The notes under the pieces were generated by a model. It worked only from the letters and a program-made list of their open reading frames with translations. It ran no database searches and was not told the DNA's origin. Shown piece by piece: positions 25,271 through 38,119 of a stretch of 64,000 nt of DNA (the stretch's first letter is position 1; each line of letters starts with the position of its first letter). The stretch covers positions 39,804,001-39,868,000 of the forward strand of contig NC_043002.1 in assembly GCF_006345805.1 (NCBI RefSeq). Reading direction: 5' to 3'. The translations under genes were made by a program, and so were the position numbers. Origin of the DNA: Octopus sinensis (Eukaryota).

Positions 25271-27629
25271 TGCATTGGGGTCGATATAACCAACTAATCC
25301 GTTTGTCTGCCTTGTTTGTCCCCTTCTGTATGTAGCCCCTTGTGGGCAGTAAAGAAATAATAATCATAATCTACATTTTTGAAAACATATCTCTGTAAAG
25401 TTATAATAAAAATATACATTATTAATGAAGTTATGAAGAAACAAAGCACTGGGAATGTTGGTGGGGTGAGCCAAGCTGTAGTTTTACCAATACATATTCA
25501 CCTTCAATATGTAAATAGACCAGTGACATCAGGGATTAAACTACAAGGATCTCTCTATGGAACAAACTAGTCAAGCAGTTCTTGGTTACATCCTGTAGAG
25601 GGAGCCATTTAGTTTCACCACAGGGTTTATTTATACAGCAAAGTTGAATATATGTTTATCAAGTGTACACATTCAGGCATCAGTGTGTGGTAAGAAGCTT
25701 ACTTCCAAACCTCATGGTTTCAGGTTCTGTCCCACAGCATGGTGCCTAGGGTTAGCATTTTCTGCTATACTCCTGATCTGAGCAAAGCCTTTGAGCAGAT
25801 ATGGTAGACACAAACTGAAAGAAATTAAAGTGGCGAGCTGGCAGAAACGTTAGCACACTGGCGAAATGCTTATTCGGTATTTCGTCTGCTGTTACGTTCT
25901 GAGTTCAAATTCTGCCAAGGTCAACTTTACCTTTCATTCTTTCGGGCTCGATAAATTAAGTACCAGTTATGCACTGAGTTGATGTAATCGACTTAATTCC
26001 TTTGTCTGTACTTGTTTGTCCCCTCTATGTTGGCAATAAAAAATTTTTTTAATAAGAAACTGAAAGAAACCTGTTTTTATATATAATATATATATTATAT
26101 ATATATATCATCATCATCATCATCATTTAGATGATGATTATATATATATATATATATAGTATATATATATATAATTATATAGAGTATAGAGACTTGTCAT
26201 CCTCAAAATTTGTTTTCTCTTATTTAGTAATTTTGAGGATGAACAAGTCTCCATACTAAATATAATTATTACTAATATATACTCCAGACAACATTACTGA
26301 CCTGTGAAGCAAACATGGAATTACCCATCAGAAGAATTCACAGAGTGGCTGATAACTAATAGTAGTCACAGATGTTAAATACTGATCAACATGGTTAGCC
26401 ACAAACTGGAACTTAACTGTGAGCCACCACAGTATTTGCTTGGAATATTTCCCTCCAAACTCACACACACACACACATATATGTGTATGTTTTATGTATT
26501 ACTCTTTTACTCTCTTTACTCTTTTACTTGTTTCAGTCATTTGACTGCGGCCCATGCTGGAGCACCGCCTTTAATCAAGCAACTCGACCCCGGGACTTAT
26601 TTTTTTGTAAGCCCAGTACTTATTCTATCGGTCTCTTTTGCCGAACTGCTAAGTAACGGGAACATAAACACACCAACATCAGTTGTCAAGCAATGCTAGG
26701 GACAAACACCGCACAAACACCCACACTCATATATATATATATATACATATATACAACGGGCTTCTTTCAGTTTCATCTACAAATCCTCACAGGCTTTGGT
26801 CAGCCCGAGGCTATAGTAGAAGACATTTTTTCCCAAGGTACCACGCAGTGACTGAACCCGGAACCATGTGGATGGTAGACAACTACTTACCACACACAGC
26901 CACTCCTGCGCCTATGTAATGTATATATATATAGTTAATCCAAACATGAACAAAGAGAAAGCACAACAGAGTGAGGACGTGGAATATGTATAGTGTTACT
27001 GGACGCTCAGGAAAGGATCCTGGCAGATGTATATATGCCAGGTCTGCCTGACTGGCTCCCATGCCAGTGGCACATAAAAAGCACCATCCGAACATGATCA
27101 ATGCCAGTGGCCCCTCACTGGCACCTGTGCCGGTGGCACATAAAAAGCACCCACTACACTCTCAGATGGTTGGTATTATAAAGGGCATCCAGCTGTAGAA
27201 ACATTGCCAGATCAGATTGGACCCTGGTGCAGCCATTGGCTTTCCAAACCTCAGTCAAACCATCCAGCCCATGTCAACATGGAAAACAAACATTGAACAA
27301 TGATGATGATGATGATATATATACATACATATATATATAATATATATATATATATATAATATATATATATAGGGAGAGTTTGCGAAAAACAAAAGACGAA
27401 GACAGGTGGTGTACAAACAAACAGATGTATTAGTATAAATGCTCAGGAATAGGAAAGTCTTTATGTTTTGAGCCTACGCTCTTCTATAGAAAGGGACACA
27501 GAAAAAACAAGGAGAGAAACAAGGAGAGAAAAAAAGTGTGTGTAGTAGCTAACGATCTATCATCTGACTCAGACAGAAGGGTCACACACGAGAGGGAAAG
27601 TAGGGGACATTGCACACATACACACACAC

Positions 27630-27965
27630 ACGCACACGCAGACCTCCGTGCACGCACACATCCACACTTACACACACATTCCCCCTCCTACATTCCGTTT
27701 TCTTTGACCATTCTACTCTTCTGTCTTTGAAAACATCTTTCTTCACCCTTTCTCCTTCCGGTCTTTCAAAATGTGACCTTGTGTGTACCGTTGGCGATTT
27801 TTTTTCCTCTGTCTTCCCTTCTCTGGATCTTTCCTTCTCCTATGTTTCCGATGAAGAGCTCCACTCGAAACGTTAAACCCTCCTTCTTCCCTTCTTTCCT
27901 GAGCATCCAATAATACTATATTTGTTCCACGTCCCCGTGTTGTAGTGTTTTCTTGTTTGGATTAA
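27630..27965 (+). mobile_element. Short element H1 carrying a hammerhead-like motif at 27844-27878
   Basis: Homologous to 39118-39310 and to minus-strand 3' fragments at about 24315-24405 and 26932-27015. Ends at (TA)n. Confidence 0.6.
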
Positions 27966-28397
27966 CTTTATATATATATATATATATATGTATGTAGATA
28001 TATATAACTATATGTATGTCTTTGTATTTGTCTTCCGTTCCCACTTGACAACTAGAGTTGGTTTGTTTACGTCCTCATCACTTAGTGGTTCAGTAAAAAA
28101 GACTGAAAGAACAACCGCCATGCTTAAAACAAAAAAGTACTGTGATTGATTTGTTTGACTAAACCCTTCAAGGCAGTGCCCCAGTATTATATATATATAT
28201 ATATATATGCCAGCACCGCCTTGACTGGCTTCTGTGCCGGTGGCACGTTAAAAGCACCAACCGATCGTGGCCGCTGCCAGATCAGACTGGAGCCTGGTGC
28301 AGCCCCTGGCTTCCCAAACCCCGGTCGAACCGTCCAACCCGTGCTAGCGCGGAAAACAGACATTAAATGATGATGATGATGACATATACATATATAC

Positions 28398-28431
<34 letters not shown>

Positions 28432-28436
28432 CTAAT

Positions 28437-28471
<35 letters not shown>

Positions 28472-28711
28472 TCTTTTATTCTTTTACTTGTTTCAGTCAT
28501 TTGACTGCGGCCCTTAGTCAAGCAAATTGACCCCAGGGTTCTTCTTTTAAGCCTAGTACTTATTCTATTGGTCTCTTTGGCCAAACCGCTAAGTTATGGG
28601 GATGTAAACATACCAGCATCGGTTGTCAAGTGATGTTGCGGGGACAAACAGAGAAACACAAACATATACACACACATGCATATACATATACATATCATCA
28701 TCATCATCATC

Positions 28712-30794
28712 ATCATCGTTTAGCGTCCGTTTTCCATGCTAGCATGGGTTGGACGGTTCTACTGGGGTCTGTGAAGCCAGAAGGCTTCATCAGGCCCAGT
28801 CAAATCTGGCAGTGTTTCTACGGCTGGATGCCCTTCCTAATGCCAACCACTCCGTGAGTGTAGTGGGTGCTTTTTACGTGCCACCCGCACTGGTGCCAGA
28901 CAGAGCTGGCAAACGGCCACGAACGGATGGTGCTTTTTATGTGCCACCGGCACGAGGGCCAGGCGAGGCTGGCAACGGACACGAAACGGGGCGGTGCTGG
29001 CAACGGTCGCGAAACGGAAAGTTCTCTTACATGCCACCGGCACTGGTAACACATCTGCAATTTCCATTGATCGATTTCCATTGATCGATTCGATTCTGAT
29101 TGTCACTTGCCTCAACGGGTCTTCACAAGCAGAGTTTTGACATGCCACCGGCACTGGTAGCACATCCGCAATTTCCATTGATCGATTTCGATTCTGATCC
29201 TCACTTGCCTCATCACGTCTTCACAAGTAGAGTTTTGTGTCCCAAGAAGGGAAGGTATGCATACGTAGGCTGGCTCCATCCATGTAGAAGGCCACGGGTT
29301 ATGGACTCACTTGTCCTGCCGGGTCTTCTCGCGCACAGCACACTTCCAGAGGTCTTGGTCTCTAGTCATTTCCTCAGTGAGACCTAAAGTTCGAAGGTCG
29401 TGCTTCACCACCTCGTCCCAGGTTTTCCTGGGTCTGCCTCTTCCACAGGTTCCCTCAACCGCTAGGGTGTGGCACTTTTTCACACAACTATCTTCATCCA
29501 TTCTCGCCACATGACCATACCAGCGCAAACGTCTCTCTTGCACACCACAACTGATGCTTCTTAGGTCCAGCTTTTCTCTCAAGGTACTTACACTCTGCCG
29601 AGTGAGAGTACTGGCATTACACATCCATCGGAGCATACTGGCTTCATTTCTAGCGAGCTTACGCATATCCTCAGCAGTCACGGCCCATGTTTCACTGCCA
29701 TGTAGCATGGCTGTTCGTACACACGCATCATACAGTCTGCCTTTCACTCTGTGCGAGAGGCCTTTTGTCACCAGCAGAGGTAAGAGCTCTCTGAACTTTG
29801 CCCAAGCTATTCTTACTCTAGCAGTTACACTTTTCAGCAACCCGCCCCCGCTGCTGACTTGGTCACCTAGGTAACGGAAACTATCAACTATTTCTAGTTT
29901 TTCTCCCTGGAAGTGACGGAAGTTGGTCTCAGAGCATTTTCAGTGTTTATTGTTCCTGAGCATCTGCCACATACAAAAACCATCTTCCTAGTTAGCCTTC
30001 CTTTGACATTGCTGCATCTCTTATGTGTCCATAGCTTACACTTGGTGCATCTTATAGAGTTCTACCTACACCTTTTCTACAGATCGAGCAGGGCCATCTA
30101 CCTGAAGGTGTTTGTGATTTGTCTACCTTCCTACTGATTACGACTTTGGTTTTAGCTAGATTGACTCTGAGGCCTTTCGATTCTAATCCTTGTTTCCACA
30201 CCTGAAACTTCTCCTCCAGTTCTGATAGCGACTCAGCAATTAGAGCAAGGTCATCAGCATAGAGGAGCTCCCAAGGGCATCCTGTCTTGAATTCCTCCGT
30301 TATTGCCTGGAGGACTATGATAAATAGGAGGGGGCTGAGTACTGAGCCTTGGTGGACTCCTACTCTACCCGGAATTCTTCACTGTACACATTCCAACCCT
30401 CACCCTACTAGCGGCGTCCCTGTACATGGCCCGCACAGCTCTCACTAACCATTCATCTATCCCTAGTTTCCTCATTGCCCACCAGATAAGGGATCGGGGG
30501 ACCCTGTCGAAGGCTTTCTCCATGTCAACAAAAGCCAGGTACAGGGCTTATCTTTGGCTAGGTATTTCTCCTGCAGCTGCCTTACCAGGAATATAGCATC
30601 AGTAGTACTTTTCCCTGGCACAAACCCAAACTGCATCTCATCTAAACTAACTCTCTCTCAATTAGTTGGGCTATGACCCTCTCCGTAACCTTCATCACCT
30701 GGTCCAACAGCTTGATACCTCTCTGTAGTTATTTGTATCTAGGGCATCACCTTTACCTTTGTAGCAGTTGACTATTATACTGCTACACCAGTCA

Positions 30795-30800
<6 letters not shown>
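28712..30800 (-). mobile_element. 5'-truncated RTE-clade LINE (RT, Cys/His finger, C-terminus, 3' UTR, (GAT)n tail)
   Basis: Translation includes NCYKGKGDALDTNNYR, QFGFVPGKSTTDAIF, FVDMEKAFDRVP, GVHQGSVLSPLLF, LYADDL, YLGDQ, KGRLYDACVRTAMLHGSETW and RGRPRKTWDEVV. Confidence 0.92.
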
Positions 30801-30834
<34 letters not shown>

Positions 30835-30842
<8 letters not shown>

Positions 30843-31145
30843 ATGTGTTTGTGTGTGTATATATTTGTCTCTGTTTGCACCCCCCCCCAGCATCACTTGA
30901 CAACCGATGCTCGTGTGTTTACACACAAACATATACACACATATACATACATACATACATATATATATATATATACATAGAAACGATGGGCTTCTTCCAA
31001 TTTCCATCTACTAAATCCACACACAAGACTTTGGTCTGCCTGAGACTATAGTAGAAGACACTAGCCCAAGGTGCCACACAGAGGACTAAACCCGGAACCA
31101 TGTGGTTAGTAAGCAAACTACTTAGCACACAGCCACTCTGGCGCC
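30835..31145 (-). mobile_element. tRNA-derived SINE family A, 5' two-thirds
   Basis: Head and internal microsatellite are present. Confidence 0.7.
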
Positions 31146-31189
<44 letters not shown>

Positions 31190-32184
31190 ATATAATATAT
31201 ATATATATTATATTATATGCATAATTTTAACTTCATTTGTTGCATCCAGGCCTACAGATAAGTGTGTGTGTGTGTGGAGAGAGAGAGAGAAAGAGAGAGA
31301 CATACACAGGGAGAGTTATATACAGGGAGAAGACATACATACATTCAGACAGACAGACAAACAGATAGACAGACAGACAGCTAGACAGGCAGACAGAGAA
31401 ACAGACAGATAGACAAAGGCACATACAAAGGAAAACGGATATCAGAAAGGAGTGGAGAACACAGAGAGAAAGAGAGAAAAAGGAAATACTTCAACAGAAA
31501 TACATAGTTATTGCCTTGTGAGAAATATGTAGGATAATCACGATATTATAATCCCTCGTTGCTCTAATCTCAACATAAGATTACCATAATTCTCCTGGAA
31601 GAGATTCTTCTATTACTGTTTAGTTAGAAGCAATATTGGTGAAAAAATAAATTCGTAAAACCAATTATGTCCATCAAGAATATATCACAAAAATAAAAAG
31701 TGAAAAAAATCGCAAGAGTAAAAATATCTGACTTGTGGCATAAAGTACAGAAGTAATCCAGTTATATTGATTGTTATGGTGATTATGTTGTATTATTTGC
31801 CTTTAAGTTCATGAACTGGACAGGTATGATTAAAAGATGCTTACTGAGTAACCTCTGTGTAGTGTGATCTGTGATTGATTTTTCGCTGAGGTATGTACGT
31901 ATACACATTCACGCAACACAAATTCATAAACATAATCATATATATACACAATTTAAATATTAATATATATTATATATATATATATATATATATCGTCATC
32001 ATCATCATCATCATTTAAAGTCCGCTTTCCATGCTAGCATGGGTTGGATGGTTCGACTGGGGTCTGGGAAGTCAGGAGGCTGCACCTGGCCCAGTCTGAT
32101 TTGGCAGTGTTTCTACAGCTGGATGATCTGTAGAAACATATGATGATCTGTAGAAATATATATATATATATACATACACATATG

Positions 32185-32703
32185 ACCTTCAAACGTTGGG
32201 CCTCACAGAGGCAATGACAAAAGACTGAGACCTCTGTAGGTATGCTGTGACTGAGAAGACCCGGCAAATAAAGTGAGTCCACAGCTGTAACCTACACCAG
32301 TGTTCCATAACCAGCCCACTCAAAAGTACCTTGGATTGTAGGGCGACATGCCATGCTTGAGGAGACCTATTGAGTCAAGTACATCAACATCAGCAATATC
32401 AAAATCAAATCAAATGGAAATTGTAGTTGTGAGCCCTGTGCCAGTAGCACATAAAAGCACCATCCAATCATGGTCGATGCCAGCTCCTCTGGCCCCTTGT
32501 GCCAGCTGCACATAAAAAGCACCCACTACACACTCAGAGTGGTTGGTGTTAGTAAGGGCATCCAGCTGTAGAAACACTGCCAGATCAGACTGGAGCCTGG
32601 TGCAGCCTCCTGGCTTCCCAGACCTCAGTCAAACCATCCAACCCATGCCAGCATGGAAAACGGCTATTAAACAATGATGATGGTGATGATGATGATGATG
32701 ATG
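32185..32703 (+). mobile_element. RTE LINE ORF end plus 3' UTR with (GAT)n tail
   Basis: LQTLGLTEAMTKD-like ORF end, then the shared 3' tail. Confidence 0.75.
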
Positions 32704-32721
32704 ATATATATATATATATAT

Positions 32722-33696
32722 ATTCGCGGAACACCTTCGTGACATCCACCTTGCGAACGACACACCGGTCTCACGCCATTTCCGCTCCACCGGTCACTCC
32801 TTGCAACACCTGTCTGTGTTCGGTTTGTCCTTACACAGAGGCCATCCGGATTCCCGTTTGCGCCGTGAACAGGAATTAATCTTCTCTCTTCTCTCTTATA
32901 CGCCATTTGGTCTCAACTCTCCCCCCCTCTTCCCCCTCTTCCCCCTCTTCCCCCTCCCCCCCTCCTCACCTACCTCCTCCCCGACACCCTACTTCTCTTC
33001 AGTCCTTCATCCTTTCACCCCTACTCCCCTTCCCTTCTTCCTTCTTTCTCCCTCTTTCTCCCTTCTTCCCTCTTTCTCCCTCGCTCCTTCCTTCTGCTCC
33101 CTCACTCCCCTTCTCCTCTCCCCCTCTCCCTCTTTCCTCCTTCCTCCTCCCCCTCTTTCTCCCTCCCTCCTTTCCTCTTCCCCTTCCCTCTGCTCCCTCA
33201 CTCCCTTTCTCTCTCCCCCTCTCCTCCTTCCTCCTCCCCTTCCTTCCCCCCCTCCTATCTCCCCCTCCCCCTCTTCTCCTCTCTCCACACTACACCACAT
33301 GACTTTACACATCACATCATATATATATACACACGTCCAGACCTCTCATACGCACTAATACTCTTTCATACACACACACACACACACACACATACACCCT
33401 TATGTTGGAGTAGGTCATTCAACCCTATTATCTCCCCTAATTTCGCTCTCGCGTCTCATGTTTGATCTTTGACTTCTGGCCGAAATCAGATCGCCATGTT
33501 GATTCGTTAGTTACTGCACGCATATTTTTTTCTCTCCTGCTTTCTGTGTTTTTTTTCTCTGTGTATCTTTCTGTTGAAGAGCGTAGGCTCGAAATGTTTA
33601 AGACTTGTTTTATTTATATTTCCTGAGCGCCATACTAATACAATTGTTTGTTTGTTCTCCACCTGCCTTCGTCTTTTGTCTATTTTCATAAAGCTT

Positions 33697-33705
<9 letters not shown>
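32722..33705 (+). mobile_element. 3' end of a Penelope-like element: GIY-YIG C-terminus, pyrimidine tract and tail with H2 hammerhead-like motif
   Basis: Translation FAEHLRDIHLANDTPVSRHFRSTGHSLQHLSVFGLSLHRGHPDSRLRREQELIFSLLSYTPFGLN. CT-rich tract 32920-33290. (TA)n on both sides. Confidence 0.8.
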
Positions 33706-33726
<21 letters not shown>

Positions 33727-33732
<6 letters not shown>

Positions 33733-34090
33733 AGTCATCCCATAAGTTCTGTCTGAATTTTGAATAAGGAAAACAAGTGATCAAATATTATATTTAATTG
33801 AAATTTAATCATCAATGTACTTTCCCTGATTATTTATGACTTCCTACCAATTATTTACAAGCTTTTTAATCCCATCAATGTAAAACTCTTTTGGTTTCAA
33901 AGCGAAGAACTCTGAAATGTCAGTTTCGACCTCCTCCTGGCTTGCGAAAGTGATGTCCCCCAAATGATTCTGTAAACTAAGAAACAAATGATAGTCTGAA
34001 GGAGCAAGATTGGGAGAATAAGGTGGAAGAGGAATTTTTTCCCAACCAAGCTCTTTGATCTTCTGTGATGTGATCTTTGCCATAAAGCTA
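33727..34090 (-). mobile_element. mariner transposase C-terminal remnant with terminal repeat
   Basis: ELGWEKIPLPPYSPNLAPSDYHLFLSLQNHL...EFYIDGIKKLVNNW. The terminus tcaagtcatcccataag abuts (TA)n. Confidence 0.85.
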
Positions 34091-34800
34091 TGCTGAGCTC
34101 CAGTGCCCTCTTTGGTAAAGTTTCTACAGCTTGATGCCTTTCCTAATGTCAATCACTTAACAGTAAGAACTGGGTGCTTTTTTTGTGCCACTGGCACTAG
34201 TGAGACTGCCAAGTAACTTGCATGATAGGAAAAGAACAGGTAAAAAGGTAAAAGCTCCCACAAATAAGTAGGGGGAAGCAGTATTTATGCCAAGTGTTGA
34301 AGACTAAAGCATTATAAAGAGACAAGCTTAGGTGTCTTGCTATAGAGTAGGTACATGGCTACCACACATTCGTGGGAGTAGGAGTATCAGAGCAAACTGT
34401 CAAGCTACAAGAGGTGAGCATAAGAGAAGATACCAATAGTGGGTCAAGAAAGAAAGGGGAAGGAAGAATGGGTACTTTTATAAGTGTGTGAGGGAAGAGT
34501 AACAGATGGTTAGAGATAGGGATAAAGGAGATACAGCTGTTAGGAAACATCAGTGTGTAGAAGAGGTGGTATATACATATTCTTTTAGCCTTTTACTTGC
34601 TTCAGTCATTTGACTACAGCTATGCACTGTCTTGAAGGGTTTTAGTGAAGCAAATTGACCTTAGGACTTATTTTTTAAGCCAAGTACTTATTCTATCAGT
34701 CTCTTTAGCCAACCTGCTAAGTTATGAGGATGTAAACACACCAGCACCCTGGTTGTCAAGTAGTAATGGGAGGACAAACACAGGCACACAGACACACACA

Positions 34801-34850
<50 letters not shown>

Positions 34851-34927
34851 AGACACAGACACACACACACACACACACACGCACACACAGAGACACAGAC
34901 ACAGACACACACACACTCATGTATATG

Positions 34928-34976
<49 letters not shown>

Positions 34977-34984
34977 CCGCACTA

Positions 34985-36040
34985 TTGAATAGACCATCAT
35001 CCGTTGATATGAGGACGACAGAAAAAAATTGAAAACCTTCCAGTTATAGAAGAGATGGCATTTGAACCAACTCTAAATGACATTTATTTAGCTGTGAATA
35101 AGCTGAATAACTATAAGTCTCCAAGGTCGGATGGAATCTGTGCAGAAGTCTTGAAATATGGGGGTGACAAAATGTTTGAACTCTTAAATATATTAATTTG
35201 TCACTGTTGGAGAACTGATAAGCGCCTCATGACTGGACTGATGCCATTTTAGTCTCCTTGTATAAATCGTGGCCAAAGGATCTGTGTGGTAATTTTCGTG
35301 GGATTTTCGCTTTTGTCTGTGGTTGGAAAGGTACTTACTCACATTTTGTTAGAACGTTTAAAAACCTTTATAGTTCCAAATATGGTGTCTGAATCTCAGT
35401 GTGGTTTTCGTTCCTGCAGGGTCACAGTTGATTGTATCTTTACTGTCAGACAATTACAAGAAAAGAGCATTGAACAGAATCTATACCATTGCTTTGTTGA
35501 TTTGAGCAAAGTATTCGATACTGTTAATCGAAATGCTCTATGGCTAATTCTAATGAAAATAGGTTGCCCAGAAAAATTTGTAAACATGATCAGGGCTTTG
35601 CATCAAGATATGAAAGCTAGAGTTAATTTTGTTGATAGGCTCTCCGAATCTTTTGCTGTGGAAAATGGAGTAAAGCAAGGAGACCTTGATACACCTACCT
35701 TCTTTGCAATATATTTTGTTGTTGTGTTATCACATGCTTTTCAAAACTCTGAGGAGGGTATTTACATAAAATATTGAACAACAGAGAATGTTTTTAATCT
35801 GACCAGACTGCAATTCAAAACAAAGGTTTTTACTTCACTCATTAGAGAAGTTTCGTATGCTGACAATTGCGATTTTGTCAGTCATTCTGAAACAAGTCTT
35901 CAATTTCTTGTATCTACATTTGACTTGGCTTGTGATGATTTTGGCTTGACCATCAACTTGAAAAAAGCTATTGTAATGCATCAACCTGCATGTGGTACTG
36001 TTTGTAACCCACCTAAAATTTTTGTAAAGGGAAAGTTTTT
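34985..36040 (+). pseudogene. RTE (BovB-like) reverse transcriptase remnant
   Basis: KSPRSDGICAEVLK, LLSVVGKVLTHILLERL, SESQCGFR, FVDLSKVFDTVNR, GVKQGD, YADNC, FGLTINLKK. Confidence 0.9.
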
Positions 36041-36250
36041 TTCTGTAAAGGGAAAAATGCCTCACAGCAACCAAAGAAATATGCGCAGTTTATGGTGATG
36101 TTTTTCTATCCAAAAGAACTGTACGGAAGTGGTTCGCAAGGTTCCAAGCTGGAGATTGTAGCCTTATTCATAAAGATTGATCAGGCAGACCATCCACTAC
36201 AGATGATGACCAAATCAAGTCATTAATTGAGAATAACCCACATTGCACAA
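36040..36250 (+). pseudogene. mariner transposase N-terminal HTH remnant
   Basis: Frame-broken KGKNAS...KEICAVYGDVFLSKRTVRKWFARFQAGDCSL...SGRPSTTDDDQIKSLIENNP. Confidence 0.8.
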
Positions 36251-37494
36251 CCCTTAGTTGGCTTGGTGCTATAATAGAAGATACATGCTCAAGGTGTCAC
36301 ACAATGGGACTGAACCCAAACCCATACAGCTAGGAAGCAAACTTTTTAAACCACTTAGCTATGCCTAAATATTTTGAACATCTCTGATTGAGCAGATCTC
36401 AAATGGATTCCAATGATGACAATACCAACTTTTATTCAGGCATCATATATCTAATTCTACATTGTCTGATGAAGTCTTATATATAATCTCTTATTAAAGT
36501 GGAAGGATTTGATTTAAGGGAAATTTGGGTACTCTTTCTTGGCAGTTGATGCACATCTTGTTTCATACTTATGGTATCGACTGTTTTCTACCAATTAATG
36601 CCATAAGCTAGATTTCTTAAATCAAACACTTTTATCTATTTATTTATTTATTTATCTGCTTTGCTCGGTGATTCATTGACTAGCCAATGATTGCTATGTT
36701 CATATTCAGACAGCAACAAACTGATGTTGTTCTTTCTAATTAGTTACAACATCCTATGGTAGCTATGTATATCTTAAGAAGACTATTCTGTTTGAGAGTT
36801 AAGAGTACAGTACATGTGATAAAATTAAAATTGATCTTTCTGCTATAGGTCAACAAACTATTAACCCATCGAGCTGGAATCAGCAGTGATGCAGTATACA
36901 GTATTTTAAATATAAACAGTTCAATTGAGAAAGCAATGCATTTGACATTCAGCATATTCTATTTCAGTAACCATGGTAAGGCACTGTGTAAACACTCATA
37001 CAAATTTATATGATCAGAAAATACAAGCTTTCTTTCTCAAGTCTTTCCTCGATTATGTTTTGCTGATGCAGGGATGAGGTGAACCAGAAGTATAGGGTCA
37101 GTGACATCACTTGAATGGCCAAAGGGCCTTGACAGAAGGAGAAGAGTGAGGGAGGTTATGTGAGTGGCAGTATGACTAGCCAGGGCTTCTTTTGCTGTGG
37201 TTCTGTCATTCTGGATGGACATGTTAACTGCTTGAGTTGGGGGAATTTACTTTTGGGTTCTGGCCAGAAGTTAGGTGAGTAGGGCTCCTTTGGATATATC
37301 CCAACTGGTTTTTGTTAGATTGACTCTAAGGCCCTTCGACCAGAGCCTCGTGGAGCTTAGGTGTTTTTGTTCAATAAACACTCATAATGCCCAGTCTGGA
37401 AATCGAAACCACATTCTTATGACTGCAAGTCCACTACCCTAACCACTGGGCTATTGCACCTCCACCGCTGTTGTTGTTGCTATTATCATTAATG

Positions 37495-37942
37495 TGGTGG
37501 TGAGCTAGCAGAGTTGTTAGCACACTGGATAAAATACTTAGTGACATTTTGTCTGTCTTTAAGTTCTGAGTTCAAAAGGTTTTGCCTGCCATCCTTTTGG
37601 GGGTTGATGAAATAAGGAATAGTTGAGTGCTGGAGTTAATGTACTCGATTTAACCCCTCCCTCCATATTTTAGGCTTTGTGCCAATAGTAGAAAAGATTA
37701 TTATTATTACTATTATTATTTTATTAAGGCAGCAGGCTGGCAGAATCATTAGCATGCTGGACAAAATGCTTAGCGGTATTTCGCCTGTCGCTACATTCTG
37801 AGTTCAAATTCTGCCAAGGTCAACTTTGCCTTTCATTCTTTCGGGGTCAATGAATTAAGTACTAGTTGAGTACTGGGGTCGATGTGATCAACTATCTCCC
37901 TCCCCACAAATTTCAAGCCTTATGCCTATAGTAGAAAGGATG

Positions 37943-37945
<3 letters not shown>
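37495..37945 (+). mobile_element. Two tandem SINE family B copies, each ending in (ATT)n
   Basis: Repeated gagctagcagagttgttagc / ggctggcagaatcattagc heads and tagtagaaaagattattatt ends. Confidence 0.75.
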
Positions 37946-38003
<58 letters not shown>

Positions 38004-38068
38004 TAAAAGAAACAAATAGTAAATTAAAAGAATCAAATTATCATTATTATTATTATTATCATTATTAC

Positions 38069-38119
<51 letters not shown>

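Larger units (their letters stand above)
22634..27779 (+). repeat. Near-identical tandem duplication (22634-25170 and 25271-27779) around an assembly gap
   Basis: The two blocks align end to end. Differences are mostly 1-bp indels and microsatellite lengths. Confidence 0.9.

Noticed and set aside
32801-33358. 185-aa Pro/Ser/Leu-rich ORF as a host gene
   Set aside because: Only the first ~40 aa are meaningful (PLE GIY-YIG end); the rest is a CT tract.
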